Made by a program: the position numbers and the translations under genes. 60,000 bases of DNA. It comes from Botryllus schlosseri (lineage: Eukaryota). Position 1 is the stretch's first letter. Each line of letters starts with the position of its first letter. Of the stretch, positions 1 through 13,836 are shown piece after piece. The notes beneath the pieces were generated by a model, which did no database searches, had not been told where the DNA came from, and was given only the letters and a program-made list of their open reading frames with translations. The stretch is from assembly GCA_051294905.1 (NCBI GenBank), contig CM119372.1, positions 21,516,001 to 21,576,000 of the forward strand, given 5' to 3'.

Positions 1-499
1 CCAAGTAATCTTTTCTCACTTCGTAAGGATGTTAAAAGTTCTGAAAATCTATATTCCAAGCCCCAAAGCCTATGTCAGATCAATAACTTGTGTTGATGGA
101 CTACTCTACATTTTGAATCATCTTCAATTTCAAAATCTACATCATTAGGCCTACTATCCCTAAGATCTTCATCTTGATCCAAATTATCGAGCATATATCA
201 GTTTTAAGTTACACTGGATAAGCTGAATGGGGCATTGGACCTATAGCTGATAGCAAATGTAATGTTTATTTTTCTTGCCATATCCTGCAGTTTGCATCAA
301 ATATGTGTGTGAAATATCCTCGGATGGTTGCATCCTCTAACCAAAAATGGGAGAAAGCATCGACCTATAGATCGATACCACTACCTTTATTCTTAATAAT
401 TCAATTGAACCCTTGGCTAGATAACTTATTATATGGTAAAAGTGTGGATTTCTGTATGGTATAGAAAAGTAATATGGCTAAATTCGTGAAAATTTGCAT

Positions 500-642
500 G
501 TTTTGGGCATCTGTCGTAGAGCAAAAACTTGATGTGATGGAAGAAAACCAGGGGCATTTCTGGAATCAGCACGCCAAAATTAGCCTAAATCAAGTGCAAA
601 ATCGAAATCAACAAACTTTTTGTTCAAAATTGTTGCCCAGTA
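500..642 (+). mobile_element. 3' terminus of a Sola1-like DNA transposon
   Basis: Ends ...aaaattgttgcccagta, resembling the reverse complement of the cactggtcaacaaaatg start at 4349; internal aaacttgatgtgatgg...aatcagca block. Confidence 0.3.
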
Positions 643-2206
643 TTATGGTTTCAATGCCTTTTTTAAAAATATTGTGTTTAACTTGAAAAGTTGTAGTATT
701 ATGCCACAATTGTATATATACTTTCCAAAAACATGTGGTATGAGCCGACGGACGATTTGCACTCGATAGTCGACGTACACGTTATGGCATGGTCAGAACC
801 GTCATGGCCTACTAAAAACATGGCCATGGAACCCTCGAAATTGTCACCGGTTCAACAGTTATAGCACGTAGATATAGATGATTGGTACGGAGTGGATGTT
901 CCGATAATGATAACCGCCGACCGTAAAAATGCTGCATGACGATATAGTCCTGGTTAAAGATATTTTGGTCCGTTTATACCTGGGGCCTAGTTCGTCAAAA
1001 GAACCATATTTACCCTACATCTTCCACTGTCAATGGCAATCCACTATGACGTCACAGTTTAATATTCATGACGTCATGACCAAAAAACAAACAATAAAAT
1101 CTCGTTTTAAACAAGGGCCATGTTTTAAACATGTTTGTTTTAAATTGATTTTTGTTTTAAATGCAACCCCAAGACGGATGAGCATAAAACGCATACTTCC
1201 AAAGAAAAATGATTTTAAAATACGAAGAAATAGTGAAAGCAGAGCCCCTTGAAAAACATACCCTTTTTGGTCAGGTGGGGGAAATTAAAACAGTATAAAT
1301 ATTCAACACCACATCAGTTAGCAAGAAACTGAGAATTGTTAAGAAAAGGATGGTTCAGCAGGTGTCCAAGAACAGTTTTAGTTTACATCCCTAATTGGGA
1401 CATTGTAATGAAACTTGCATGAAGTGTTAGCTTCGCAGAAACGTATAAATGGGTGTCCTGCTTAAGTGATTTTCTAGGCTCAATACTCTGATATTCATTT
1501 CCTTCGGCCTCATGCTCTTAGCACGACGTGTGTAGTATAGTGATTTGTCAGGCTTAAATTGGTTGTATCTAGACCTTTATATAGTTAGTATATGATTGAT
1601 TGTTTGCTTCTTTCTGCATTATGTTATAGTGTAGCGACATTTGGTGTACCACTTAAATTTGATGCTTTTTTCATGTAAGGCTGAGGTCATACACAATAAA
1701 CGGTTACCCTAGAACAGGGGGAGGGCAAATATTTGTCTCCACTGGCCAAATGATTAACAGAAAATATGTTGACGGGCCGAGTCAAAATGTTTAGCTATAT
1801 TCTCCAGCGTATTAATTTTATTTCTAAATTGAAATCAGTAAACTGCATTGTTAATAAATGCTGCTCAGTGGATGCGATGATATTAGATACTGAGAAAACG
1901 ATGGTTAATTAACAAAAAGCAATATTCTATTTGCTTTCCGTCATAATTCGAAACAATGGTAAACATGATACATTTTGAATTCTGTTTAATCCACGTTTTC
2001 ATGTGGTAGCCTATTTGGGTTAGCCTACTACAAAGTTTATTGTCTTGATCGCTACCTTCCAAACAGTTTCGGCTTAGCGAAATCGATATAGATCGGTATA
2101 TATCGAATTAGATTGACCGAAATGTTTATGAAAACATATTGGTCACTCCATGATATTGATCTCTTTCAGTCTGCACTTCGTTACTGACCACCTCTGTTAA
2201 GAACTA

Positions 2207-3168
2207 GGGGAGATGTGGTACCGATGGATCACTGGGACCGAAAATACTTGAAAAATTCTCCATGATAATTCGATGATTACACTCCGTGAATTTGTCGACA
2301 GTTACATGCTGCCAGAATCTTTCCCCACATGCAAAAAAATTAGACCTGCGTGAGTTATGGGGTCTGTGACGAATGATTTACGTTTTAGGGGGTGTAAAGT
2401 AAATTTGGATCGACATTTGCATTTTTCTATATCACCTTTCAGACTAACAAACCCGCCATTATTTTTGATGTGAAGTATAGGGCTTGTATCAGGGTATATA
2501 ATGGCACATATTTTTTTAATCAATACCATCCTCGAGTGAACTATTTTCAATTCAATTACAATATTTATGGGGTGGGGGACCTATGGTACCATAGCCAAAT
2601 CAAGCAAAATAGATGGACCAACTAATCACTTAACAACAGAAACTCGCCTACATATATATAGGCTGTAAATCATAGTTACCTATGGTGTTTTGTCGCTATT
2701 ACGGGTTATTTGAAAGTAAAAATGTCGATTTGCGGGTAATATGTATGTGGCATTAATTTTGTTAATTTGGGCGTAAATCAAAACATTATTATATGCCAAC
2801 ATTTGAGTTGATATAATCTATTTTATTCTTGAAGGTCGTGACGAAACATTCTTCATTGACTTGCTGTAGCTTAGCTTATGGTACACAACAAAACAAGTTA
2901 ACAAATTTGAGTTTTTGAGCGTATGTCTCATAGGTCCCATGGTCGTGTGCCTTCGGACCCACCGGGTGGGGACCGATGACACGTTCGAGCAATAAATTTT
3001 AAACGTGCATAAATATTTTTTGAAAGGGCGGATATCCATGTTAATGTCCGCGATAGGTAGATCTTGTATCGAAGTGTTGAGATAGCAAAAGATCTGCTAT
3101 TCTCGGCTGAAGATTTGAGGGCCAGAGATCATTTTGCAATTTTTGATCCATCGGTACCACATCTCCCC
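2207..3168. mobile_element. MITE with TA target duplication (Tc1/mariner-pogo-like)
   Basis: Perfect 25-bp TIR ggggagatgtggtaccgatggatca; TA at 2205-2206 and 3169-3170; second copy at 42141-43064. Confidence 0.85.
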
Positions 3169-3593
3169 TACTTCATCAACGATCCCTGATACTCATACGC
3201 TTGCATAGACATCGTTAAGATTTTCGTAACTTCAACCATTCAAGTCAAGTATGGTGATCTCAAGTCAGACGCAATATAGCTGCCATATTTTATAGCTAAC
3301 CCGTGTCTTGATACTTCAGTTTCACTGCCTGTAGCAATAAATTTTGGAAATTCCGCGTCAACTTGCGAATGAGAAAAGCACCAGCAGGCGAATCAACTAT
3401 ATAATGTGCCGTGAAATGTCAATCGGAAACTTGCTTTCATATCACAACTGAACCTACAGCAAATGTGTGATTACGTCGCTTAAATTTCGTCCTTGAGGTG
3501 AAGTTGTGTCAGAGTTTCGAACCTTAACAGAGTCGCAGAATGTTGGGCTCTACGGCCAGATTCTTCGAGGTGGAATAACTTCACCTTAAGAAC

Positions 3594-3750
3594 CAGAGGT
3601 GGTCAAAGTAGTCAATTAGGCTACTGAAGTAGAAGTAGAAGTAGCCGCGCAGAATTCTAGTCAAATGCGAGTGGAAGCAATGCTTTTCGAAACAGTCTAA
3701 AACTACTACAAGTAGAAGTAGAACTGGCTGTCTTCAAAAACTACTCAAGT
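3594..3750 (+). mobile_element. Left part of hAT-type MITE (cagaggtggtc family, AGTAGA repeats)
   Basis: Same terminus as the intact copy 28948-29207; preceded by ttaagaac. Confidence 0.7.
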
Positions 3751-3861
3751 ACGTTTGAAGTTCTGAAAATCTCAAATACGATCTCATGGTCCGTCAAAAG
3801 CTGAAAACTGACACATGCTAACGGTGTTGACAACTGGTTTCGCGTTGCTACATCCAATGTA

Positions 3862-4340
3862 GGGAGAGGAGGCAAAGATGAGACAAGGGGCAAGATGAGA
3901 CATGCAATTTTTTCATCAAACAATTTTCTAATGAACAGATTCCTTCGACTATGTTGTTCCCATAATGTAATTCTATAGCCCTACCATATTAACAAGGCAA
4001 ACAGACTTGAGGTCGTGCAGAAAAATACCAACACATATATTTCTATAGTCTCTGTAAGTTATGTGGATTCATGTTTGTAATGTAAGGGCATACCGATAAT
4101 AATATTTCATAACATAAAACGACATTACTGGAGCTGGTACAGTACGATATTATCAGTGTAATCATGCGCTCACCTCTGAAAAGTAATAGACATGAAATTT
4201 TTTATTGAAGTTTACACAATACTTGAGCTGTGGGGGTAAGATGAGACAAAGCCATGGGGGTAAGTTGAGACATGGGTATCGGAGTACTTTTCCATTGAAA
4301 GCCTCGCAATATTCCAAATTTATTGTTCACAGCACACATA
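3862..4340. mobile_element. Truncated MITE (gggagaggaggcaaagatgagaca family)
   Basis: Reverse complement of ~54720-55189 of the fuller copy. Confidence 0.7.
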
Positions 4341-4348
4341 TTAGATTA

Positions 4349-5640
4349 CACTGGTCAACAAAATGAAAAAAAAATTGGCAGAACATCTGAGAGCCGTTTC
4401 TGGGGTTTTCGAGGATGCTGATTACGAATATCACATTAGTTTTGCCAGATTGGCTCTTGTTCATAAGATACTTATACCCATAAAAAAAGCCCAAAATTAC
4501 TGTATTTAAACTTGAATATTTCACTTGGTAGGAAGAAAATCGTAGTTTTTTCTAATTTTATACTGCGCATAAATAGATAATTGACAATAAAGAACCCTCT
4601 TGACGTTCTCAGTCATTCTATCAATATTAACATGACCTGATTCGAAATATTTGTTTGTGAAAAAAGCAGGCCTAAAATTGTACTTTAGCACAACGGAAAT
4701 ACATATTCTCCTGCATTAATTGGTCATTCTACCAAGATTAAAGAGGAGTATAAAGCTATAAAATTTGTCCTTGAAAAGCTTAACTACAATACGCATATGC
4801 ATCTCATTTCTTTTGACTTGCAAATGGATAATTTTCCGCTGAGCTAACAAACCTAGTATCCCTATCAAACGAGAAGCTTAAATCTGGTATCCTTGATAGA
4901 TTTTAGATTCGAATACGGATGAAAGATTCCAATTTCATAATAGGAAGGAGTTCACTAAATGGAATTTCTTCTAATTTGTAGTAAATAAAACGCTTACAAA
5001 GCACCCAACTACAAACAGTTGATCCGAAAATTCGTATCTGAATATGGAAAACTTGGAACAAAAATGAACATGATCATCAAGGTTCACTTTCTGTTCAGTC
5101 ATCGTGATATATTTGCCGATCATCTTATTGATTAGCAATGAGAGAGTGTCCACCAAGACATCGAAAAAACAACAAAAAAGATATCAGGGCAGACGAGATG
5201 AACATATTATGGCAGACCATTGCTGGGACCTTTCGAGAAACTGCACTAAACTGCTTACAGTCGAAAATCGTACAAAAACAATTGTGCTTTAAAATAAACG
5301 AATAATATTATATTCCAACTGATTATTTCAAATTTACAATAGGTGGTGGACGTAAATCTGATTGAATTAATGCCACGTTATTTGAGTATATAAGTAAATA
5401 CTTATATACATGACTGTAGTTCATTTATGTACATGATATCCCTGAATGTCTATAACTATGTTAAATCTAATACTGTACCCCTAAATATAGTGCTGTTGCT
5501 GGATTTTGATTTAAAAGAGTCTTCTGTGTGTAAAAATAAGAAGTAGATTGAATTTTTAAACTTTATAGCACGGCTGAGCTGATTTTCTATACAGCCATTA
5601 CAGCGAAAACGGGAGATTTGTCGAATGCGGACCGCACTAA
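4349..5640 (+). pseudogene. Decayed Sola1-like DNA transposon with transposase remnants
   Basis: Frame-broken peptides NGN..IGHSTKIKEEYKAIKFVLEKLNYN (~4692-4790) and KVHFLFSH..VHQDI..RYQGRRDEHIMADHCW (~5078-5230); start cactggtcaacaaaatg; Sola assignment from motif recall. Confidence 0.65.
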
Positions 5641-6157
5641 ACTTTGGTAAAGTACAGTTAAATTTGACCGGTCATGTAGCCGCTGATGAAAAATAAATGA
5701 ACAAGTCCGCTTGCTCTGAACTTGAATTGAATCGATGAATTTGGTATGTTTTTCACGTTAGCTTATATGTTGGCTTAAAAAGTTGAACAACTTCACTAGC
5801 TGGCTTCTTGCTGAATTCGGCTTGACGTTTTCCTGGTTAGTAATAATTTGGTCGAGAGGCTGTTGCGTGCCAAACGAAATCGTGTCACGAGCCTCCATTT
5901 ATCAGGGGGTGTAATATATCTACGGAAGGCATTTAAACATACACCTAGCTTGAAATCCGCCAAAGAAACATACAATTCTTAAGAACTAATTTCTACTTAA
6001 CAGTTCTATACCATCTAAAAACCTTGTAAACCCAGTGTATCTTCCGATACAATGCCAAAGCCAGATTCCCCCTAAAAAAATTAAGCCAGATTCCCCCCTA
6101 AAAAATTTCAAAATTCCCCCCAATGGGGGAATTCCCCCCGGTTGGGAGCCACTGTAT

Positions 6158-7283
6158 TAGGGTTACCATATTTGTGTGAAACAAATTCCGGACACTCTTT
6201 AGCGCCAACTAGCGGATTCAGAAATGAGCAGTGACACGTTGTCTGTCAATATGACGTCACACTAGCAAAGCATTGCCCATCGACTGTATGCGAATGGAGT
6301 GGAAAATAGGTCATGAATTGGGTCATCTGTAATGTGAGCTCTGGTGATTGCTACTTGCTAGGGTCTGCAATATATTTCTCCACGGGCCGAATGAAATCGT
6401 CTGGCGGGCCTTGTCTGGCCTGTCGAGATTGTGTTTGACAGCCCTGCTATACGGTTAGGTCGGTGCGGCTATCTGGTTGTTTGTGTTAATCAGGTCCGAA
6501 ACAACATTTTTTTCTGCCCCCTTCCGCCACTCAAAAAAACACTGATGTTGGGCCCAACATTGGGTAATCGATGTACCGTCTTGCGAACTTACTATATGCA
6601 TTTGGCTGTTAAAATTTATGAATGAATTCTGTCAATAATATTGATTTTTCCATATATTAGGCTACTATAAAATGCACCAGCAGGTTGCACATCCGGTGAT
6701 TTCCAACTTTTTATGGTCGCGGCCTCATTTCCAACTTGAAAATGTTCCGTGGCTCAGCTCAAAACTTGATAAGCTGAAGCTGATTACTAAAAAATTTCAA
6801 CTTGCCCAAACTTATTCACGGACTAGGAAGCTGACTACCTCCAACATCATCGCGATTCCTAGATGAAGGCAAACGACCCCAAGATTTGGAACCACTGTCT
6901 GTGACTGAAGCATCCAATCGGCCTTAACCAACTCTAGGAATATACCGTTAGCTTTTCATTGTGATTACAATCGGACTTATTTCAGTACATGATGGTTATT
7001 TATATTGATTATGATTGCATTTTTGGCGAGGGTGATGCCTGGTGCCCATACTAATCTCAATATACGCTGCATTAACTCGCGCGCGACACGATGAAGAATT
7101 TTTAATAGCATAAATCTGCTTGAAAATAATATCGTTTATGTTGAGTTACGAAAAAAATTTGAGCCCACTTCAAGCGTTCAAAATTCCAGACATTTAGGCA
7201 TATTTTAGAAATTCCTCCCGGACGCAGATTTTTCAGTGAAATTCCGGACATGTCCGGGAAATTCCGGACGTATGGCAACCCTA
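6158..7283. mobile_element. hAT-like MITE (tagggttacca...tggcaacccta; CCGGA repeats) with smaller nested MITE fragments
   Basis: TIR pair; inverted second copy at 37852-38658 lacks the ~6359-6447 and ~6694-6897 inserts. Confidence 0.75.
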
Positions 7284-7358
7284 AAATATATTAATATTTA
7301 TTCTTGAAGCTTTTCGGCAGACACTCACCGGGGAATACCGTTAGCAATAATGCGAGTG

Positions 7359-7382
7359 TATATATATATATATATATATATA
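7359..7382. repeat. (TA)12 microsatellite
   Basis: Direct reading. Confidence 0.95.
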
Positions 7383-7501
7383 AATAATTTTCTGAGTAGA
7401 ATTTCAGGAATGTTGGAGTCGGATTTGAGTTGGAGTTCCGTAAAACAGTATTAGAAGTCGGAGTTGGATACAGTGGCAAAGTGATCCGGCTGCTGTTAAC
7501 C

Positions 7502-9724
7502 CAGACTTGTACAAACTAACCATTTAGTTAGTTGGCGGTCAACTAACTAACGGTTTTGGGGTCGAAATCTCCACCATTTCAAACTTGAAATCCCATCCTT
7601 TTGAATTGTCGATTCTATGTGTGATATTTCCTACAAAATTATATTTTTGTGTTGTCTAGGAGAATGCAATAAAGTTCAGTACAGTTCTTGACATTAAATG
7701 AATTGGGATTTGAGAACCACTACGCCAGAGGTTGACAACAATCTTTCGAAGAATGAGAAGTAGGACATACGTTAGCGGGTTCAGTCAAAAGTTTACATTA
7801 AATTCTGCGGTTCATTGATTTCCAATCATTTTTGAATTAAAAGCACTGAATTACGTTGGTAAAACAAGCTTCTGAGTGGATGTGTTACTAGTAGGCAATC
7901 AGAAAGTTAGAGTCAATATGCAAAAATATTATTTATCCCACGTAATTATTCAAAGCAATTGTAAATAAGCAACCTTGTTAACTCTTTTTATCACACCAAC
8001 CCCCAGACACGTCATTCTACAAAATGTATGGGGTATTAAAGCTTGGTTGCTACATCCCTAGCGATGTGTAGCTTGGTCAAATAGCCTTGTTGTGTTGGTA
8101 GTTTAGCGGGCAGGTTTTTCCAAATTCGCCTCCTCGCAACCTCAGCCGAGTAACTGCATGTTTATGTCATAATTCTGACTTAAATTAATCCATGTTATAT
8201 CGACTTTATTTTGAATCCAGACTAGCCTACGCATACGACGCCCGCAGGCTCCTTAACCACGGTGCATAGATAAGTACTAAATACTAAACAGCCTTCACAG
8301 TGTTGGGATGACTCGAGTCAGACTCGAGTCAACTTTCTCGTATGACTTGACTTGACTCGAGTAACTTTGTAAAAATGACCTGACTTGACTTGACTCGAAG
8401 CTTCAGAAATGTGCATTGACTCGTGACTCGGAGCAAATTTTACGAGTCAATTTCAAGTCACCAAGTTAACGGTGTCGATTAAATTACTGTATCTTGTATA
8501 TGTTCGAATTGTTCGATATACGCCGGTGTCATTCGTGAGAGCCACTAATCATACACTGATCGTACGTTACACTGATTCTCCATTGTTATCACAAATAAAT
8601 TGACCGCAAAACGATCACATATCTTACGACTTACGTTGTCGTAGTAGTAGTAGATTAATCTAATAGCTATGTGTCTCTGTTTTTTAGACAGCTCAATGCT
8701 TACGTTGGGCAGTGCTCACTGCTCATGCTCACCTTTACCAACCCTCTTGTATGATTTAAATCCAACAAATATAATTTGTGCGTTCATATTCTCACGGACG
8801 TGTATAGATGGGTAGTGTAGGCTATTCTACCATTTCAATTTGTTTCAACTTCTCGAGACTTCGTATTCGGTTCTATATTTTGGCTGATAATAACTGACTG
8901 TAGCATTTAGCTGTACAGTTACTCACGTGTTTTATTAGCAATTCTACGTGTGCGCGAGTGATACAAATTCTTCTTGCATGTATATTTAACTGTATATTCG
9001 CTATTTGATTCGAGATAAATGGCCAATTAATCGGTCTTTCAGGCAGCTAGTAAAATGTAATGACTTTGAACCATCACTCATACTTCAAAAATCAATTTGA
9101 CTTGAAATGTGACTTGACTCGTGACTTGACTTGACTCGAGTCACCTCCAAAAAACGAGTGACTTGACTTGACTCGAGTCACCTTTGAAAATCGATTGACT
9201 TGACTTGACTCGAGTCAAAATGGGCAATGACTCGAGATGACTCGTGGCTCGAAGGTAGTGACTTGATCCCAACACTGAGCCTTCAAAGTAAACGCATTTC
9301 CAGTTCAATTTATACAGCCCATGGTTTCAGTACGCATTCAAATGTATAGTTTAAAATTCCAAGCAACTTTTAGCGGTCCGGATATGGCCATAAAATGTCC
9401 TAGTGTGCCCTACAAGCCTTCGTGGAACCCCTAATTTTCAGGGAGTCACAAAAACGAAAATCTACCACATTATACATCTTACTGCACATTTAATACATTT
9501 CTTACATTGTCCGCCCGGAATCACTGGTCAAGAACCACTGTTTTAGTTAGTTGTATTTTAGTTGGTTGTTGATTTTTGAAGTTCGTTAGTTCTTGGTCAA
9601 GTTGTGGATTTTGAGAAGTGAGTAGTTCTAGTTCTAGTTCTAGTTGCGAGTTTTAAAAAATAGAGTAATTCTAGTTTTAGTTGTAGTAGCGCTCTTTGAA
9701 AATCCAATAGTACGTACCAGTCTG
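7502..9724. mobile_element. hAT-type MITE with TAGTT subterminal repeats, hosting 8298-9277
   Basis: TIR cagacttgtac/gtaccagtctg; perfect 8-bp TSD tgttaacc (7494-7501, 9725-9732). Confidence 0.85.
8298..9277 (+). mobile_element. hAT-type MITE family A (GACTT / GACTCGAGTC repeats)
   Basis: TIR cagtgttgggat/atcccaacactg; perfect TSD agccttca; further copies at 12366, 15202, 36316. Confidence 0.9.
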
Positions 9725-10535
9725 TGTTAACCCTGTTTCGGGGATAGTATAATTTTGCGCCATGGTGGTATAGTCCACCGATGGGTGGGACCCAAGAAGT
9801 TGCTCACTTGGCATCGATAATAATTGGCGAAAAGGAATATAATTATATCGAAGTTGCACTGAGATTTCTCTGCAGCTTGCTTGGAGAAAACGTATATACG
9901 AGTGACAAACATCGCGCCGAAGTATATCAGTAGCGGCTGATTTTGTAGGACTCGAATTGAATCCATATATTACCTTATGTCAAAACCGTAGACAATAAAA
10001 CCCATAAAACCGTAAAGCATGAGAAATTATTTTTAGACGATCCACGATCCATTCCGGAAAGTAGTCTAATTGAGTTTAATCGTTTGGAGAGCTTCTCTGT
10101 AGCATGAGCAATGTGATGCCTGCATGATGTTAACCAAAGTTACTAGATATTCAAATGATTCCACAGATGAGATATCTTTACCACCTATAGAGGGAAGCAG
10201 CAAAGAGCCATAGACCACCCCGGTTTGCACGTACGCATAAGATTATGGTGGCTACCAGCTGATCACAGTTTCATTTGTCGTTCATCAATGAGATATTGTT
10301 GAGCGTGTGAAGACCTCGCCAGCTTGCGACGCCTAGCCATCCGACATAGATCGCATTTCGCCCGAGACTTTTACTGTGTATTTGTATTCCGACTCAGCGA
10401 CGACCAGAAGTTTTAACTTTTGGTTTGGCCGTGTTGGCGGCATTTAAGCGGAAAGATAAGAGAGACCAGTTGCCCGGAGAAAGTCGTTTTGAAATCTTTA
10501 CGAAAACACTGCCTTAATTACGAAATGATCTATAG

Positions 10536-11242
10536 CAGGGCCGGCCAACCTTTTCAGCCAAAGGGCCACATTCGATTGACGAAATACTGCGCGGGCCACT
10601 TACCGCGCCAAGCGCGAAAAAAATTTGAAGTTCATAGGTCAATAATATTGTCACTTGACTATATTGCGGGCCTGCCGTATATCGCTAGGCTAAGTTTGCG
10701 AGGGCTATTCGGCGCATGGACAATTGGACATATCGATATCGAAAACTGCGACCAACATGCGTCAATCTTTCCGTGCCTAGGTTTCATAGTCAACGATCTT
10801 ACTGCGAGCGCAAACGCAAAGTCGCGTATGTTGAACGACACTTTGTCCGGTAATCGCGAATATAGTTAGACTCAATCTGATACATCAGGCGTTCTTCCAT
10901 TTTCACAAAAAGGGCAACAACATTAAAAACAAGGAATCGAGTGACAACATGTAGCGCCAAGCTTGCAGAAAATTTTTACTTTTGATAAATCTATCGCAAA
11001 TTATTCTGCTTTATTGTAGTGTACGAAGATATACCAATATGTCACTGGCTGATGGATCTGTCACTGCGTCGGAACTGATATTTTAGTCATCACATCTCAA
11101 GTGTTGCGGCCAAACTGATCAAATTTTTGGTTGGCCTTGCAAGTTCACAATCTGTGCAATCCATTTTTGATATTAGAAATTTCGGAAATGACCTCGCGGG
11201 CCGCTCAAAACCTTCTCGCGGGCCACGGGTTGGCCGGCCCTG
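10536..11242. mobile_element. hAT (Charlie-like) MITE
   Basis: TIR cagggccggccaacc; TSD atctatag/atctatac; related inverted copy 22490-23330. Confidence 0.85.
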
Positions 11243-11437
11243 ATCTATACAGTCACGCTCCCCGACTATTTCTGAAGCACTGTAGTCTACCTTTCGGCTA
11301 CCTTGAACAACTTTTAACTTGCCTATCCATCGTATAGCTTGCATCGCTTAAACTTTGTTTCTGATTGGAGTAGTTATTTTAATATTTCACATAAATCATG
11401 CATAAAGTTCCAAATCCAAGTTCAATACTTTAAAACA

Positions 11438-11443
11438 TTTATT
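11438..11443 (-). promoter_or_regulatory. Candidate polyadenylation signal of gene 1
   Basis: AATAAA on minus, ~455 nt after the stop at 11898. Confidence 0.5.
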
Positions 11444-11897
11444 TTGGAGGAGAGTAAATAGTCAAGTTTACAGTGAATAAATTAGCTAGCAAAACGTGCA
11501 TCATTATATAGCCTTGAGGTCATTTCCAAACCCTGAACGGTTTCCATAAAATGCTGAATGCGTGGCATATCGAACAAGGTTGCTATTTTCATACGGTGAC
11601 ACGCTAATCCTATGACATACTGAACTCCGTATGAACTAGTGTCACCGTACGGAGTGTCATACGGAGTTTTGTATGTCATAGGATTGCAACGCTCAACTGA
11701 TTGCTAGCGGGACATTTTGTTACGGGCACGTGCAGGCCACCAGTAACATTGAAATGTTGCCATAATATTCCACGGCGGTGACGCAAGGACGTTTTCATCA
11801 TTATACGCCATACACTGTCGAACTTTGAGTAGGACATATGTTTCATTTTTTCTTCCAACCCAGGCAAGCGCAATCCAGTCCTGTTTGTTCAGGATCA

Positions 11898-12171
11898 TCA
11901 TATAAATTTAAACATGATTGTCATCACCGCAACATTTAGGAAGTAGCTTGCTTGTGCCCTTGCAGAATAACTAGTCGTAGTGCTTGGTACAGCTGTCGTA
12001 GCAACGCCCGTGACATTTGCAGCTTCTCCTAATTTACGATCAAATGACAAATGTTCTTCCTTCTCTTCCTTTGACTTGGTGGAATCACGTGCATTCTGCA
12101 TTTGAACCATGCTTGATATCTTCCTGTGTGTGTTGCACAAGCTTGATGAGCACGCATTGTAAACGCAGGAT
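11898..12171 (-). CDS. Gene 1 exon 4 (last): LU-type end motif SCVYNACSSSLCN, Thr-rich stalk, GPI-like hydrophobic tail
   Basis: Acceptor ttatttgcag|A completes CG+A (Arg) from exon 3; TGA at 11900-11898; ends TTTSYSARAQASYFLNVAVMTIMFKFI. Confidence 0.8.
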
Positions 12172-12724
12172 CTGCAAATAAGTAGGACTTCTGATAATAG
12201 CTCGTTGTGTAAATTGGTGTCCATAATAATAAACTGAAAAGTGTTGATCAGAAGTGGAAGTAGTCCTATGTCTTAATAGCCTGAGGAAGTACTGCAAGTA
12301 GGCAAACCTACATGATTACTGCGAAAAAGTAGAGTTACTTCGTTACTGACCACCCCTGCGTACTGCAGTGTTGGGATGACTCGAGTCATGACTTGACTCG
12401 AGTCAGACTCGAGTCGACTTTTTCGTATGACTTGACTTGACTCGAGTCACTTTGCAAAAATGACTTGACTTGACTTGACTCGACGCTTCAAAAATGTGGA
12501 TTGACTCGTGACTCGGAGCAAAATTTACGAGTCAATTTCAAGTCATCAATAAGCTAACTGTGTCGACTAAATCATTGTGAACGTTCGGATTATTCGCGAT
12601 ACGGCGCTGACACTTGTGAGAGCAACTAGTCATTCACTTATTGTACATTTCACTGGTCCTCCATTGTTACATCACAAATAAATTGACCGCAAACGAAATG
12701 ATCACGGCTTACGTTGTCGTAGGC

Positions 12725-13836
12725 CAGGGGTGGGCAAACTACGGCCCGCGGGCCGCATGCGGCCCGCCACGCCGTTTTGTGCGGCCCGCGAGAGTCTAAA
12801 GAAACTTTTTTTAAATTTTGATAAAATGCGTACTAAAAATCGAATTAATGCAAGGACTTGATTAACTTTTTCTTATTATATTTCACCATGATAATTCTAA
12901 GACAGTGGTTTTCAAACTCGTGGGCGCGCCCCCCTTGGGGGCGTGAAAGCATCTGAAAGGGGCGCGAAGCTGAGCTCGACTGAAAAAAGTTTTCGCGCTC
13001 CGCGCGATTTTCATGGAATTCATAGTTATTGCTATGTATTTAGTCTGAATTACATATTTAAAAATCTCTCATCCACAGTCGTAACCTTCCACGCCATCAA
13101 ACTACCCGTTAGGTTTGCTAGCATCCTGGTTGCGTTTTGTGATATGACGATAAGGGTGCGCGAAATCTTTGACCATCATAAGGGGGCGGGGCGTGTCTTA
13201 AAAAGTTTGAGAACCACTGATGTAAGGTAAATACTTGATATCACAGCGGGATAGCTGCAACGAGATTGACATAATTTGGATCACCAGTGAGATTTCAGAT
13301 TGCCCACTTCATTTTTAATTATTTGAGTGATGTGCTTATAAAAAACCGATTCGGGCGTGTCTTAGGTACATTCGTTGTCTGTATGCGTGGATTGGGGGTA
13401 TTTATATTTTATCTACACATAGTAGAAGCGTGTTTGAAGCTATGGTTATGATGCTGTCAGCATTGTGTGTCCTGGAACTGAGCCAAAAGTGGAATTACTA
13501 AATCTATGAACAGATCATTGCTCACAGATTTATATTTCAATCCTATTCTAAGAATCGGGCCAACCGCCTTTTATCTCTATAGTTTTGACAAATTGGTTAT
13601 TGAGGTCCGCCTGCCTATGAAATCTCGCCACTATATGTTTCTGACGCGTGTACGATATCATCAAAGCAATATTTGGCTTGCTTTAAATAAGCACATATAT
13701 TGTCTCCATGTCCTCACTATATAATCATATATCAATATTGCGTTTTGGTTTATGATCCCAATTTTATATAGTGCGGCCCGCGAATGAATTCAGATGTTGA
13801 ATGCGGCCCGCGAGCTCAAAAGTTTGCCCACCCCTG
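12725..13836. mobile_element. hAT MITE (caggggtgggcaaact; GGCCCGCG repeats)
   Basis: TIR plus perfect TSD tcgtaggc. Confidence 0.9.
12903..13219 (+). mobile_element. Short hAT MITE family C (cagtggtt.tcaaac)
   Basis: TIR pair; related copies 31022-31303, ~24690-24988 and split 56061-58095. Confidence 0.8.

Noticed and set aside
8298..9277. GACTTGACTCGAGTC arrays with spacers, CRISPR-like at first sight
   Set aside because: Irregular spacing, same spacers in several copies, bounded by TIRs and 8-bp TSDs, eukaryotic context, no cas genes: MITE subterminal repeats.
10420..10869. 149-aa ORF and similar ORFs at 22790-23209, 49269-49933, 53343-53714
   Set aside because: Lie within MITEs, frames not conserved where sister copies exist, no recognisable domains.
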